From Euprymna scolopes (taxonomy: Eukaryota): a stretch of DNA of 64,000 nucleotides. Below, piece after piece: positions 37,201-52,200 of this stretch (position 1 is the first letter of the stretch; each line of letters starts with the position of its first letter). Location: assembly GCA_053919585.1 (NCBI GenBank), contig CM132818.1; one strand, written 5' to 3'. Both the position numbers and the translations under genes were made by a program. A model generated the notes under the pieces. The model was not told the origin of the DNA and did not search any database. It saw only the letters and a list, made by a program, of their open reading frames with translations.

Positions 37201-40200
37201 AGCCTCAAAAATTATGTAGAAAACCAGGATGTGACACTGTAAAACACTAGTGAAATGTCAAGAACAAATACCATAGCTTCAAAGATTATGTAGAAAACCA
37301 GGATGTGACACTGTAAAACACTAGTGAAATGTCAAGAACAAATACCATAGCCTCAAAAATTATGTAGAAAACCAGGATGTGACACTGTAAAACACTAGTG
37401 AAATGTCAAGAACAAATACCATAGCCTCAAAATTATGTAGAAAACCAGGATGTGACACTGTAAAACACTAGTGAAATGTCAAGAACAAATACCATAGCCT
37501 CAAAAATTATGTAGAAAACCAGGATGTGACACTGTAAAACACTAGTGAAATGTCAAGAACAAATACCATAGCCTCAAAGATTATGTAGAAAACCAGGATG
37601 TGACACTGTAAACACTAGTGAAATGTCAAGAACAAATACCATAGCCTCAAAAATTATGTAGAAACCAGGATGTGACACTGTAAAACACTAGTGAAATGTC
37701 AAGAACAAATACCATAGCCTCAAAAATTATGTAGAAAACCAGGATGTGACACTGTAAAACACTAGTGAAATGTCAAGAACAAATACCATAGCCTCAAAAA
37801 TTATGTAGAAAACCAGGATGTGACACTGTAAAACACTAGTGAAATGTCAAGAACAAATACCATAGCCTCAAAAATTATGTAGAAAACCAGGATGTGACAC
37901 TGTAAAACACTAGTGAAATGTCAAGAACAAATACCATAGCTTCAAAGATTATGTAGAAAACCAGGATGTGACACTGTAAAACACTAGTGAAATGTCAAGA
38001 ACAAATACCATAGCCTCAAAAATTATGTAGAAAACCAGGATGTGACACTGTAAAACACTAGTGAAATGTCAAGAACAAATACCATAGCTTCAAAAATTAT
38101 GTAGAAAACCAGGATGTGACACTGTAAAACACTAGTGAAATGTCAAGAACAAATACCATAGCTTCAAAGATTATGTAGAAAACCAGGATGTGACACTGTA
38201 AAACACTAGTGAAATGTCAAGAACAAATACCATAGCTTCAAAGATTATGTAGAAAACCAGGATGTGACACTGTAAAACACTAGTGAAATGTCAAGAACAA
38301 ATACCATAGCTTCAAAGATTATGTAGAAAACCAGGATGTGACACTGTAAAACACTAGTGAAATGTCAAGAACAAATACCATAGCTTCAAAGATTATGTAG
38401 AAAACCAGGATGTGACACTGTAAAACACTAGTGAAATGTCAAGAACAAATACCATAGCTTCAAAAATTATGTAGAAAACCAGGATGTGACACTGTAAAAC
38501 ACTAGTGAAATGTCAAGAACAAATACCATAGCCTCAATGATTATGTAGAAAACCAGGATGTGACACTGTAAAACACTAGTGAAATGTCAAGAACAAATAC
38601 CATAGCCTCAAAGATTATGTAGAAAACCAGGATGTGACACTGTAAAACACTAGTGAAATGTCAAGAACAAATACCATAGCCTCAAAAATTATGTAGAAAA
38701 CCAGGATGTGACACTGTAAAACACTAGTGAAATGCCAAGAACAAATACCATAGCCTCAAAAATTATGTAGAAAACCAGGATGTGACACTGTAAAACACTA
38801 GTGAAATGTCAAGAACAAATACCATAGCCTCAAAAATTATGTAGAAAACCAGGATGTGACACTGTAAAACACTAGTGAAATGTCAAGAACAAATACCATA
38901 GCCTCAAAAATTATGTAGAAAACCAGGATGTGACACTGTAAAACACTAGTGAAATGTCAAGAACAAATACCATAGCCTCAAAAATTATGTAGAAAACCAG
39001 GATGTGACACTGTAAAACACTAGTGAAATGTCAAGAACAAATACCATAGCTTCAAAGATTATGTAGAAAACCAGGATGTGACACTGTAAAACACTAGTGA
39101 AATGTCAAGAACAAATACCATAGCCTCAAAAATTATGTAGAAAACCAGGATGTGACACTGTAAAACACTAGTGAAATGTCAAGAACAAATACCATAGCTT
39201 CAAAGATTATGTAGAAAACCAGGATGTGACACTGTAAAACACTAGTGAAATGTCAAGAACAAATACCATAGCCTCAAAAATTATGTAGAAAACCAGGATG
39301 TGACACTGTAAAACACTAGTGAAATGTCAAGAACAAATACCATAGCCTCAAAAATTATGTAGAAAACCAGGATGTGACACTGTAAAACACTAGTGAAATG
39401 TCAAGAACAAATACCATAGCCTCAAAAATTATGTAGAAAACCAGGATGTGACACTGTAAAACACTAGTGAAATGTCAAGAACAAATACCATAGCCTCAAA
39501 AATTATGTAGAAAACCAGGATGTGACACTGTAAAACACTAGTGAAATGTCAAGAACAAATACCATAGCCTCAAAAATTATGTAGAAAACCAGGATGTGAC
39601 ACTGTAAAACACTAGTGAAATGTCAAGAACAAATACCATAGCCTCAAAAATTATGTAGAAAACCAGGATGTGACACTGTAAAACACTAGTGAAATGTCAA
39701 GAACAAATACCATAGCCTCAAAAATTATGTAGAAAACCAGGATGTGACACTGTAAAACACTAGTGAAATGTCAAGAACAAATACCATAGCCTCAAAAATT
39801 ATGTAGAAAACCAGGATGTGACACTGTAAAACACTAGTGAAATGTCAAGAACAAATACCATAGCCTCAAAAATTATGTAGAAAACCAGGATGTGACACTG
39901 TAAAACACTAGTGAAATGTCAAGAACAAATACCATAGCCTCAAAAATTATGTAGAAAACCAGGATGTGACACTGTAAAACACTAGTGAAATGTCAAGAAC
40001 AAATACCATAGCCTCAAAAATTATGTAGAAAACCAGGATGTGACACTGTAAAACACTAGTGAAATGTCAAGAACAAATACCATAGCCTCAAAGATTATGT
40101 AGAAAACCAGGATGTGACACTGTAAAACACTAGTGAAATGTCAAGAACAAATACCATAGCCTCAAAGATTATGTAGAAAACCAGGATGTGACACTGTAAA

Positions 40201-43200
40201 ACACTAGTGAAATGTCAAGAACAAATACCATAGCCTCAAAAATTATGTAGAAAACCAGGATGTGACACTGTAAAACACTAGTGAAATGTCAAGAACAAAT
40301 ACCATAGCCTCAAAAATTATGTAGAAAACCAGGATGTGACACTGTAAAACACTAGTGAAATGTCAAGAACAAATACCATAGCCTCAAAAATTATGTAGAA
40401 AACCAGGATGTGACACTGTAAAACACTAGTGAAATGTCAAGAACAAATACCATAGCTTAAAAGATTATGTAGAAAACCAGGATGTGACACTGTAAAACAC
40501 TAGTGAAATGTCAAGAACAAATACCATAGCCTCAAAAATTATGTAGAAAACCAGGATGTGACACTGTAAAACACTAGTGAAATGTCAACAAATACCATAG
40601 CCTCAAAAATGATGTAGAAAACCAGGATGTGACACTGTAAAACACTAGTGAAATGTCAAGAACAAATACCATAGCCTCAAAAATTATGTAGAAAACCAGG
40701 ATGTGACACTGTAAAACACTAGTGAAATGTCAAGAACAAATACCATAGCCTCAAAAATTATGTAGAAAACCAGGATGTGACACTGTAAAACACTAGTGAA
40801 ATGTCAAGAACAAATACCATAGCCTCAAAAATTATGTAGAAAACCAGGATGTGACACTGTAAAACACTAGTGAAATGTCAAGAACAAATACCATAGCTTC
40901 AAAGATTATGTAGAAAACCAGGATGTGACACTGTAAAACACTAGTGAAATGTCAAGAACAAATACCATAGCCTCAAAAATTATGTAGAAAACCAGGATGT
41001 GACACTGTAAAACACTAGTGAAATGTCAAGAACAAATACCATAGCCTCAAAAATTATGTAGAAAACCAGGATGTGACACTGTAAAACACTAGTGAAATGT
41101 CAAGAACAAATACCATAGCCTCAAAAATTATGTAGAAAACCAGGATGTGACACTGTAAAACACTAGTGAAATGTCAAGAACAAATACCATAGCTTCAAAG
41201 ATTATGTAGAAAACCAGGATGTGACACTGTAAAACACTAGTGAAATGTCAAGAACAAATACCATAGCCTCAAAAATTATGTAGAAAACCAGGATGTGACA
41301 CTGTAAAACACTAGTGAAATGTCAAGAACAAATACCATAGCCTCAAAAATTATGTAGAAAACCAGGATGTGACACTGTAAAACACTAGTGAAATGTCAAG
41401 AACAAATACCATAGCCTCAAAAATTATGTAGAAAACCAGGATGTGACACTGTAAAACACTAGTGAAATGTCAAGAACAAATACCATAGCTTCAAAGATTA
41501 TGTAGAAAACCAGGATGTGACACTGTAAAACACTAGTGAAATGTCAAGAACAAATACCATAGCCTCCAAAATTATGTAGAAAACCAGGATGTGACACTGT
41601 AAAACACTAGTGAAATGTCAAGAACAAATACCATAGCCTCAAAAATTATGTAGAAAACCAGGATGTGACACTGTAAAACACTAGTGAAATGTCAAGAACA
41701 AATACCATAGCCTCAAAAATTATGTAGAAAACCAGGATGTGACACTGTAAAACACTAGTGAAATGTCAAGAACAAATACCATAGCCTCAAAAATTATGTA
41801 GAAAACCAGGATGTGACACTGTAAAACACTAGTGAAATGTCAAGAACAAATACCATAGCCTCAAAAATTATGTAGAAAACCAGGATGTGACACTGTAAAA
41901 CACTAGTGAAATGTCAAGAACAAATACCATAGCCTCAAAAATTATGTAGAAAACCAGGATGTGACACTGTAAAACACTAGTGAAATGTCAAGAACAAATA
42001 CCATAGCTTAAAAGATTATGTAGAAAACCAGGATGTGACACTGTAAAACACTAGTGAAATGTCAAGAACAAATACCATAGCCTCAAAAATTATGTAGAAA
42101 ACCAGGATGTGACACTGTAAAACACTAGTGAAATGTCAACAAATACCATAGCCTCAAAAATGATGTAGAAAACCAGGATGTGACACTGTAAAACACTAGT
42201 GAAATGTCAAGAACAAATACCATAGCCTCAAAAATTATGTAGAAAACCAGGATGTGACACTGTAAAACACTAGTGAAATGTCAAGAACAAATACCATAGC
42301 CTCAAAAATTATGTAGAAAACCAGGATGTGACACTGTAAAACACTAGTGAAATGTCAAGAACAAATACCATAGCCTCAAAAATTATGTAGAAAACCAGGA
42401 TGTGACACTGTAAAACACTAGTGAAATGTCAAGAACAAATACCATAGCTTCAAAGATTATGTAGAAAACCAGGATGTGACACTGTAAAACACTAGTGAAA
42501 TGTCAAGAACAAATACCATAGCCTCAAAAATTATGTAGAAAACCAGGATGTGACACTGTAAAACACTAGTGAAATGTCAAGAACAAATACCATAGCCTCA
42601 AAAATTATGTAGAAAACCAGGATGTGACACTGTAAAACACTAGTGAAATGTCAAGAACAAATACCATAGCCTCAAAAATTATGTAGAAAACCAGGATGTG
42701 ACACTGTAAAACACTAGTGAAATGTCAAGAACAAATACCATAGCCTCAAAGATTATGTAGAAAACCAGGATGTGACACTGTAAAACACTAGTGAAATGTC
42801 AAGAACAAATACCATAGCCTCAAAAATTATGTAGAAAACCAGGATGTGACACTGTAAAACACTAGTGAAATGTCAAGAACAAATACCATAGCCTCAAAAA
42901 TTATGTAGAAAACCAGGATGTGACACTGTAAAACACTAGTGAAATGTCAAGAACAAATACCATAGCCTCAAAAATTATGTAGAAAACCAGGATGTGACAC
43001 TGTAAAACGCTAGTGAAATGTCAAGAACAAATACCATAGCTTCAAAGATTATGTAGAAAACCAGGATGTGACACTGTAAAACACTAGTGAAATGTCAAGA
43101 ACAAATACCATAGCCTCAAAAATTATGTAGAAAACCAGGATGTGACACTGTAAAACACTAGTGAAATGTCAAGAACAAATACCATAGCCTCAAAAATTAT

Positions 43201-46200
43201 GTAGAAAACCAGGATGTGACACTGTAAAACACTAGTGAAATGTCAAGAACAAATACCATAGCCTCAAAAATTATGTAGAAAACCAGGATGTGACACTGTA
43301 AAACACTAGTGAAATGTCAAGAACAAATACCATAGCCTCAAAAATTATGTAGAAAACCAGGATGTGACACTGTAAAACACTAGTGAAATGTCAAGAACAA
43401 ATACCATAGCCTCAAAAATTATGTAGAAAACCAGGATGTGACACTGTAAAACACTAGTGAAATGTCAAGAACAAATACCATAGCCTCAAAAATTATGTAG
43501 AAAACCAGGATGTGACACTGTAAAACACTAGTGAAATGTCAAGAACAAATACCATAGCCTCAAAAATTATGTAGAAAACCAGGATGTGACACTGTAAAAC
43601 ACTAGTGAAATGTCAAGAACAAATACCATAGCCTCAAAAATTATGTAGAAAACCAGGATGTGACACTGTAAAACACTAGTGAAATGTCAAGAACAAATAC
43701 CATAGCCTCAAAAATTATGTAGAAAACCAGGATGTGACACTGTAAAACACTAGTGAAATGTCAAGAACAAATACCATAGCCTCAAAAATTATGTAGAAAA
43801 CCAGGATGTGACACTGTAAAACACTAGTGAAATGTCAAGAACAAATACCATAGCCTCAAAAATTATGTAGAAAACCAGGATGTGACACTGTAAAACACTA
43901 GTGAAATGTCAAGAACAAATACCATAGCCTCAAAAATTATGTAGAAAACCAGGATGTGACACTGTAAAACACTAGTGAAATGTCAAGAACAAATACCATA
44001 GCTTCAAAGATTATGTAGAAAACCAGGATGTGACACTGTAAAACACTAGTGAAATGTCAAGAACAAATACCATAGCTTCAAAGATTATGTAGAAAATCAG
44101 GATGTGACACTGTAAAACACTAGTGAAATGTCAAGAACAAATACCATAGCCTCAAAAATCATGTAGAAAACCAGGATGTGACACTGTAAAACACTAGTGA
44201 AATGTCAAGAACAAATACCATAGCCTCAAAAATTATGTAGAAAACCAGGATGTGACACTGTAAAACACTAGTGAAATGTCAAGAACAAATACCATAGCCT
44301 CAAAAATTATGTAGAAAACCAGGATGTGACACTGTAAAACACTAGTGAAATGTCAAGAACAAATACCATAGCCTCAAAAATTATGTAGAAAACCAGGATG
44401 TGACACTGTAAAACACTAGTGAAATGTCAAGAACAAATACCATAGCCTCAAAAATTATGTAGAAAACCAGGATGTGACACTGTAAAACACTAGTGAAATG
44501 TCAAGAACAAATACCATAGCCTCAAAAATTATGTAGAAAACCAGGATGTGACACTGTAAAACACTAGTGAAATGTCAAGAACAAATACCATAGCCTCAAA
44601 GATTATGTAGAAAACCAGGATGTGACACTGTAAAACACTAGTGAAATGTCAAGAACAAATACCATAGCCTCAAAAATTATGTAGAAAACCAGGATGTGAC
44701 ACTGTAAAACACTAGTGAAATGTCAAGAACAAATACCATAGCCTCAAAAATTATGTAGAAAACCAGGATGTGACACTGTAAAACACTAGTGAAATGTCAA
44801 GAACAAATACCATAGCCTCAAAAATTATGTAGAAAACCAGGATGTGACACTGTAAAACACTAGTGAAATGTCAAGAACAAATACCATAGCCTCAAAAATT
44901 ATGTAGAAAACCAGGATGTGACACTGTAAAACACTAGTGAAATGTCAAGAACAAATACCATAGCCTCAAAAATTATGTAGAAAACCAGGATGTGACACTG
45001 TAAAACACTAGTGAAATGTCAAGAACAAATACCATAGCCTCAAAAATTATGTAGAAAACCAGGATGTGACACTGTAAAACACTAGTGAAATGTCAAGAAC
45101 AAATACCATAGCCTCAAAAATTATGTAGAAAACCAGGATGTGACACTGTAAAACACTAGTGAAATGTCAAGAACAAATACCATAGCCTCAAAAATTATGT
45201 AGAAAACCAGGATGTGACACTGTAAAACACTAGTGAAATGTCAAGAACAAATACCATAGCCTCAAAAATTATGTAGAAAACCAGGATGTGACACTGTAAA
45301 ACACTAGTGAAATGTCAAGAACAAATACCATAGCCTCAAAAATTATGTAGAAAACCAGGATGTGACACTGTAAAACACTAGTGAAATGTCAAGAACAAAT
45401 ACCATAGCCTCAAAAATTATGTAGAAAACCAGGATGTGACACTGTAAAACACTAGTGAAATGTCAAGAACAAATACCATAGCTTCAAAGATTATGTAGAA
45501 AACCAGGATGTGACACTGTAAAACACTAGTGAAATGTCAAGAACAAATACCATAGCCTCAAAAATTATGTAGAAAACCAGGATGTGACACTGTAAAACAC
45601 TAGTGAAATGTCAAGAACAAATACCATAGCCTCAAAGATTATGTAGAAAACCAGGATGTGACACTGTAAAACACTAGTGAAATGTCAAGAACAAATACCA
45701 TAGCCTCAAAAATTATGTAGAAAACCAGGATGTGACACTGTAAAACACTAGTGAAATGTCAAGAACAAATACCATAGCCTCAAAAATTATGTAGAAAACC
45801 AGGATGTGACACTGTAAAACACTAGTGAAATGTCAAGAACAAATACCATAGCCTCAAAAATTATGTAGAAAACCAGGATGTGACACTGTAAAACACTAGT
45901 GAAATGTCAAGAACAAATACCATAGCTTCAAAGATTATGTAGAAAACCAGGATGTGACACTGTAAAACACTAGTGAAATGTCAAGAACAAATACCATAGC
46001 CTCAAAAATTATGTAGAAAACCAGGATGTGACACTGTAAAACACTAGTGAAATGTCAAGAACAAATACCATAGCCTCAAAAATTATGTAGAAAACCAGGA
46101 TGTGACACTGTAAAACACTAGTGAAATGTCAAGAACAAATACCATAGCTTCAAAGATTATGTAGAAAAACAGGATGTGACACTGTAAAACACTAGTGAAA

Positions 46201-49200
46201 TGTCAAGAACAAATACCATAGCTTCAAAAATTATGTAGAAAACCAGGATGTGACACTGTAAAACACTAGTGAAATGTCAAGAACAAATACCATAGCTTCA
46301 AAAATTATGTAGAAAACCAGGATGTGACACTGTAAAACACTAGTGAAATGTCAAGAACAAATACCATAGCCTCAAAAATTATGTAGAAAACCAGGATGTG
46401 ACACTGTAAAACACTAGTGAAATGTCAAGAACAAATACCATAGCCTCAAAAATTATGTAGAAAACCAGGATGTGACACTGTAAAACACTAGTGAAATGTC
46501 AAGAACAAATACCATAGCTTTAAAGATTATGTAGAAAACCAGGATGTGACACTGTAAAACACTAGTGAAATGTCAAGAACAAATACCATAGCTTCAAAAA
46601 TTATGTAGAAAACCAGGATGTGACACTGTAAAACACTAGTGAAATGTCAAGAACAAATACCATAGCTTCAAAGATTATGTAGAAAACCAGGATGTGACAC
46701 TGTAAAACACTAGTGAAATGTCAAGAACAAATACCATAGCTTCAAAGATTATGTAGAAAACCAGGATGTGACACTGTAAAACACTAGTGAAATGTCAAGA
46801 ACAAATACCATAGCTTAAAAAATTATGTAGAAAACCAGGATGTGACACTGTAAAACACTAGTGAAATGTCAAGAACAAATACCATAGCTTCAAAGATTAT
46901 GTAGAAAACCAGGATGTGACACTGTAAAACACTAGTGAAATGTCAAGAACAAATACCATAGCTTCAAAGATTATGTAGAAAACCAGGATGTGACACTGTA
47001 AAACACTAGTGAAATGTCAAGAACAAATACCATAGCTTCAAAGATTATGTAGAAAACCAGGATGTGACACTGTAAAACACTAGTGAAATGTCAAGAACAA
47101 ATACCATAGCTTCAAAAATTATGTAGAAAACCAGGATGTGACACTGTAAAACACTAGTGAAATGTCAAGAACAAATACCATAGCTTCAAAGATTATGTAG
47201 AAAACCAGGATGTGACACTGTAAAACACTAGTGAAATGTCAAGAACAAATACCATAGCTTCAAAGATTATGTAGAAAACCAGGATGTGACACTGTAAAAC
47301 ACTAGTGAAATGTCAAGAACAAATACCATAGCTTCAAAGATTATGTAGAAAACCAGGATGTGACACTGTAAAACACTAGTGAAATGTCAAGAACAAATAC
47401 CATAGCTTCAAAGATTATGTAGAAAACCAGGATGTGACACTGTAAAACACTAGTGAAATGTCAAGAACAAATACCATAGCTTCAAAGATTATGTAGAAAA
47501 CCAGGATGTGACACTGTAAAACACTAGTGAAATGTCAAGAACAAATACCATAGCTTCAAATATTATGTAGAAAACCAGGATGTGACACTGTAAAACACTA
47601 GTGAAATGTCAAGAACAAATACCATAGCTTCAAAGATTATGTAGAAAACCAGGATGTGACACTGTAAAACACTAGTGAAATGTCAAGAACAAATACCATA
47701 GCTTCAAAGATTATGTAGAAAACCAGGATGTGACACTGTAAAACACTAGTGAAATGTCAAGAACAAATACCATAGCTTCAAAGATTATGTAGAAAACAAG
47801 GATGTGACACTGTAAAACACTAGTGAAATGTCAAGAACAAATACCATAGCTTCAAAAATTATGTAGAAAACCAGGATGTGACACTGTAAAACACTAGTGA
47901 AATGTCAAGAACAAATACCATAGCTTCAAAGATTATGTAGAAAACCAGGATGTGACACTGTAAAACACTAGTGAAATGTCAAGAACAAATACCATAGCTT
48001 CAAAGATTATGTAGAAAACCAGGATGTGACACTGTAAAACACTAGTGAAATGTCAAGAACAAATACCATAGCTTCAAAGATTATGTAGAAAACCAGGATG
48101 TGACACTGTAAAACACTAGTGAAATGTCAAGAACAAATACCATAGCTTCAAAAATTATGTAGAAAACCAGGATGTGACACTGTAAAACACTAGTGAAATG
48201 TCAAGAACAAATACCATAGCTTCAAAGATTATGTAGAAAACCAGGATGTGACACTGTAAAACACTAGTGAAATGTCAAGAACAAATACCATAGCTTCAAA
48301 GATTATGTAGAAAACCAGGATGTGACACTGTAAAACACTAGTGAAATGTCAAGAACAAATACCATAACTTCAAAGATTATGTAGAAAACCAGGATGTGAC
48401 ACTGTAAAACACTAGTGAAATGTCAAGAACAAATACCATAGCTTCAAAGATTATGTAGAAAACCAGGATGTGACACTGTAAAACACTAGTGAAATGTCAA
48501 GAACAAATACCATAGCCTCAAAAATTATGTAGAAAACCAGGATGTGACACTGTAAAACACTAGTGAAATGTCAAGAACAAATACCATAGCCTCAAAAATT
48601 ATGTAGAAAACCAGGATGTGACACTGTAAAACACTAGTGAAATGTCAAGAACAAATACCATAGCCTCAAAGATTATGTAGAAAACCAGGATGTGACACTG
48701 TAAAACACTAGTGAAATGTCAAGAACAAATACCATAGCCTCAAAAATTATGTAGAAAACCAGGATGTGACACTGTAAAACACTAGTGAAATGTCAAGAAC
48801 AAATACCATAGCCTCAAAAATTATGTAGAAAACCAGGATGTGACACTGTAAAACACTAGTGAAATGTCAAGAACAAATACCATAGCCTCAAAAATTATGT
48901 AGAAAACCAGGATGTGACACTGTAAAACACTAGTGAAATGTCAAGAACAAATACCATAGCCTCAAAGATTATGTAGAAAACCAGGATGTGACACTGTAAA
49001 ACACTAGTGAAATGTCAAGAACAAATACCATAGCCTCAAAAATTATGTAGAAAACCAGGATGTGACACTGTAAAACACTAGTGAAATGTCAAGAACAAAT
49101 ACCATAGCCTCAAAAATTATGTAGAAAACCAGGATGTGACACTGTAAAACACTAGTGAAACGTCAAGAACAAATACCATAGCCTCAAAAATTATGTAGAA

Positions 49201-52200
49201 AACCAGGATGTGACACTGTAAAACACTAGTGAAATGTCAAGAACAAATACCATAGCCTCAAAGATTATGTAGAAAACCAGGATGTGACACTGTAAAACAC
49301 TAGTGAAATGTCAAGAACAAATACCATAGCTTCAAAAATTATGTAGAAAACCAGGATGTGACACTGTAAAACACTAGTGAAATGTCAAGAACAAATACCA
49401 TAGCCTCAAAAATTATGTAGAAAACCAGGATGTGACACTGTAAAACACTAGTGAAATGTCAAGAACAAATACCATAGCTTCAAAGATTATGTAGAAAACC
49501 AGGATGTGACACTGTAAAACACTAGTGAAATGTCAAGAACAAATACCATAGCCTCAAAAATTATGTAGAAAACCAGGATGTGACACTGTAAAACACTAGT
49601 GAAATGTCAAGAACAAATACCATAGCCTCAAAAATTATGTAGAAAACCAGGATGTGACACTGTAAAACACTAGTGAAATGTCAAGAACAAATACCATAGC
49701 CTCAAAAATTATGTAGAAAACCAGGATGTGACACTGTAAAACACTAGTGAAATGTCAAGAACAAATACCATAGCCTCAAAAATTATGTAGAAAACCAGGA
49801 TGTGACACTGTAAAACACTAGTGAAATGTCAAGAACAAATACCATAGCCTCAAAAATTATGTAGAAAACCAGGATGTGACACTGTAAAACACTAGTGAAA
49901 TGTCAAGAACAAATACCATAGCTTCAAAGATTATGTAGAAAACCAGGATGTGACACTGTAAAACACTAGTGAAATGTCAAGAACAAATACCATAGCCTCA
50001 AAAATTATGTAGAAAACCAGGATGTGACACTGTAAAACACTAGTGAAATGTCAAGAACAAATACCATAGCCTCAAAAATTATGTAGAAAACCAGGATGTG
50101 ACACTGTAAAACACTAGTGAAATGTCAAGAACAAATACCATAGCCTCAAAAATTATGTAGAAAACCAGGATGTGACACTGTAAAACACTAGTGAAATGTC
50201 AAGAACAAATACCATAGCCTCAAAAATTATGTAGAAAACCAGGATGTGACACTGTAAAACACTAGTGAAATGTCAAGAACAAATACCATAGCCTCAAAAA
50301 TTATGTAGAAAACCAGGATGTGACACTGTAAAACACTAGTGAAATGTCAAGAACAAATACCATAGCCTCAAAGATTATGTAGAAAACCAGGATGTGACAC
50401 TGTAAAACACTAGTGAAATGTCAAGAACAAATACCATAGCCTCAAAAATTATGTAGAAAACCAGGATGTGACACTGTAAAACACTAGTGAAATGTCAAGA
50501 ACAAATACCATAGCCTCAAAAATTATGTAGAAAACCAGGATGTGACACTGTAAAACACTAGTGAAATGTCAAGAACAAATACCATAGCCTCAAAAATTAT
50601 GTAGAAAACCAGGATGTGACACTGTAAAACACTAGTGAAATGTCAAGAACAAATACCATAGCTTCAAAGATTATGTAGAAAACCAGGATGTGACACTGTA
50701 CAACACTAGTGAAATGTCAAGAACAAATACCATAGCCTCAAAAATTATGTAGAAAACCAGGATGTGACACTGTAAAACACTAGTGAAATGTCAAGAACAA
50801 ATACCATAGCCTCAAAAATTATGTAGAAAACCAGGATGTGACACTGTAAAACACTAGTGAAATGTCAAGAACAAATACCATAGCTTCAAAGATTATGTAG
50901 AAAACCAGGATGTGACACTGTAAAACACTAGTGAAATGTCAAGAACAAATACCATAGCTTCAAAAATTATGTAGAAAACCAGGATGTGACACTGTAAAAC
51001 ACTAGTGAAATGTCAAGAACAAATACCATAGCTTCAAAAATTATGTAGAAAACCAGGATGTGACACTGTAAAACACTAGTGAAATGTCAAGAACAAATAC
51101 CATAGCCTCAAAAATTATGTAGAAAACCAGGATGTGACACTGTAAAACACTAGTGAAATGTAAAGAACAAATACCATAGCCTCAAAAATTATGTAGAAAA
51201 CCAGGATGTGACACTGTAAAACACTAGTGAAATGTCAAGAACAAATACCATAGCTTCAAAGATTATGTAGAAAACCAGGATGTGACACTGTAAAACACTA
51301 GTGAAATGTCAAGAACAAATACCATAGCTTCAAAAATTATGTAGAAAACCAGGATGTGACACTGTAAAACACTAGTGAAATGTCAAGAACAAATACCATA
51401 GCTTCAAAGATTATGTAGAAAACCAGGATGTGACACTGTAAAACACTAGTGAAATGTCAAGAACAAATACCATAGCTTCAAAAATTATGTAGAAAACCAG
51501 GATGTGACACTGTAAAACACTAGTGAAATGTCAAGAACAAATACCATAGCTTCAAAGATTATGTAGAAAACCAGGATGTGACACTGTAAAACACTAGTGA
51601 AATGTCAAGAACAAATACCATAGCTTCAAAGATTATGTAGAAAACCAGGATGTGACACTGTAAAACACTAGTGAAATGTCAAGAACAAATACCATAGCTT
51701 CAAAGATTATGTAGAAAACCAGGATGTGACACTGTAAAACACTAGTGAAATGTCAAGAACAAATACCATAGCTTCAAAAATTATGTAGAAAACCAGGATG
51801 TGACACTGTAAAACACTAGTGAAATGTCAAGAACAAATACCATAGCTTCAAAGATTATGTAGAAAACCAGGATGTGACACTGTAAAACACTAGTGAAATG
51901 TCAAGAACAAATACCATAGCTTCAAAGATTATGTAGAAAACCAGGATGTGACACTGTAAAACACTAGTGAAATGTCAAGAACAAATAACATAGCTTCAAA
52001 GATTATGTAGAAAACCAGGATGTGACACTGTAAAACACTAGTGAAATGTCAAGAACAAATACCATAGCTTCAAAGATTATGTAGAAAACCAGGATGTGAC
52101 ACTGTAAAACACTAGTGAAATGTCAAGAACAAATACCATAGCTTCAGAGATTATGTAGAAAACCAGGATGTGACACTGTAAAACACTAGTGAAATGTACA

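Noticed and set aside
32900-37670. Singleton 1-bp deletions (~32903, 33005, 36026, 37431, 37611, 37663) as real variants
   Set aside because: All shorten A-runs, cluster locally and are not shared by duplicate blocks, so they are most likely long-read homopolymer errors.
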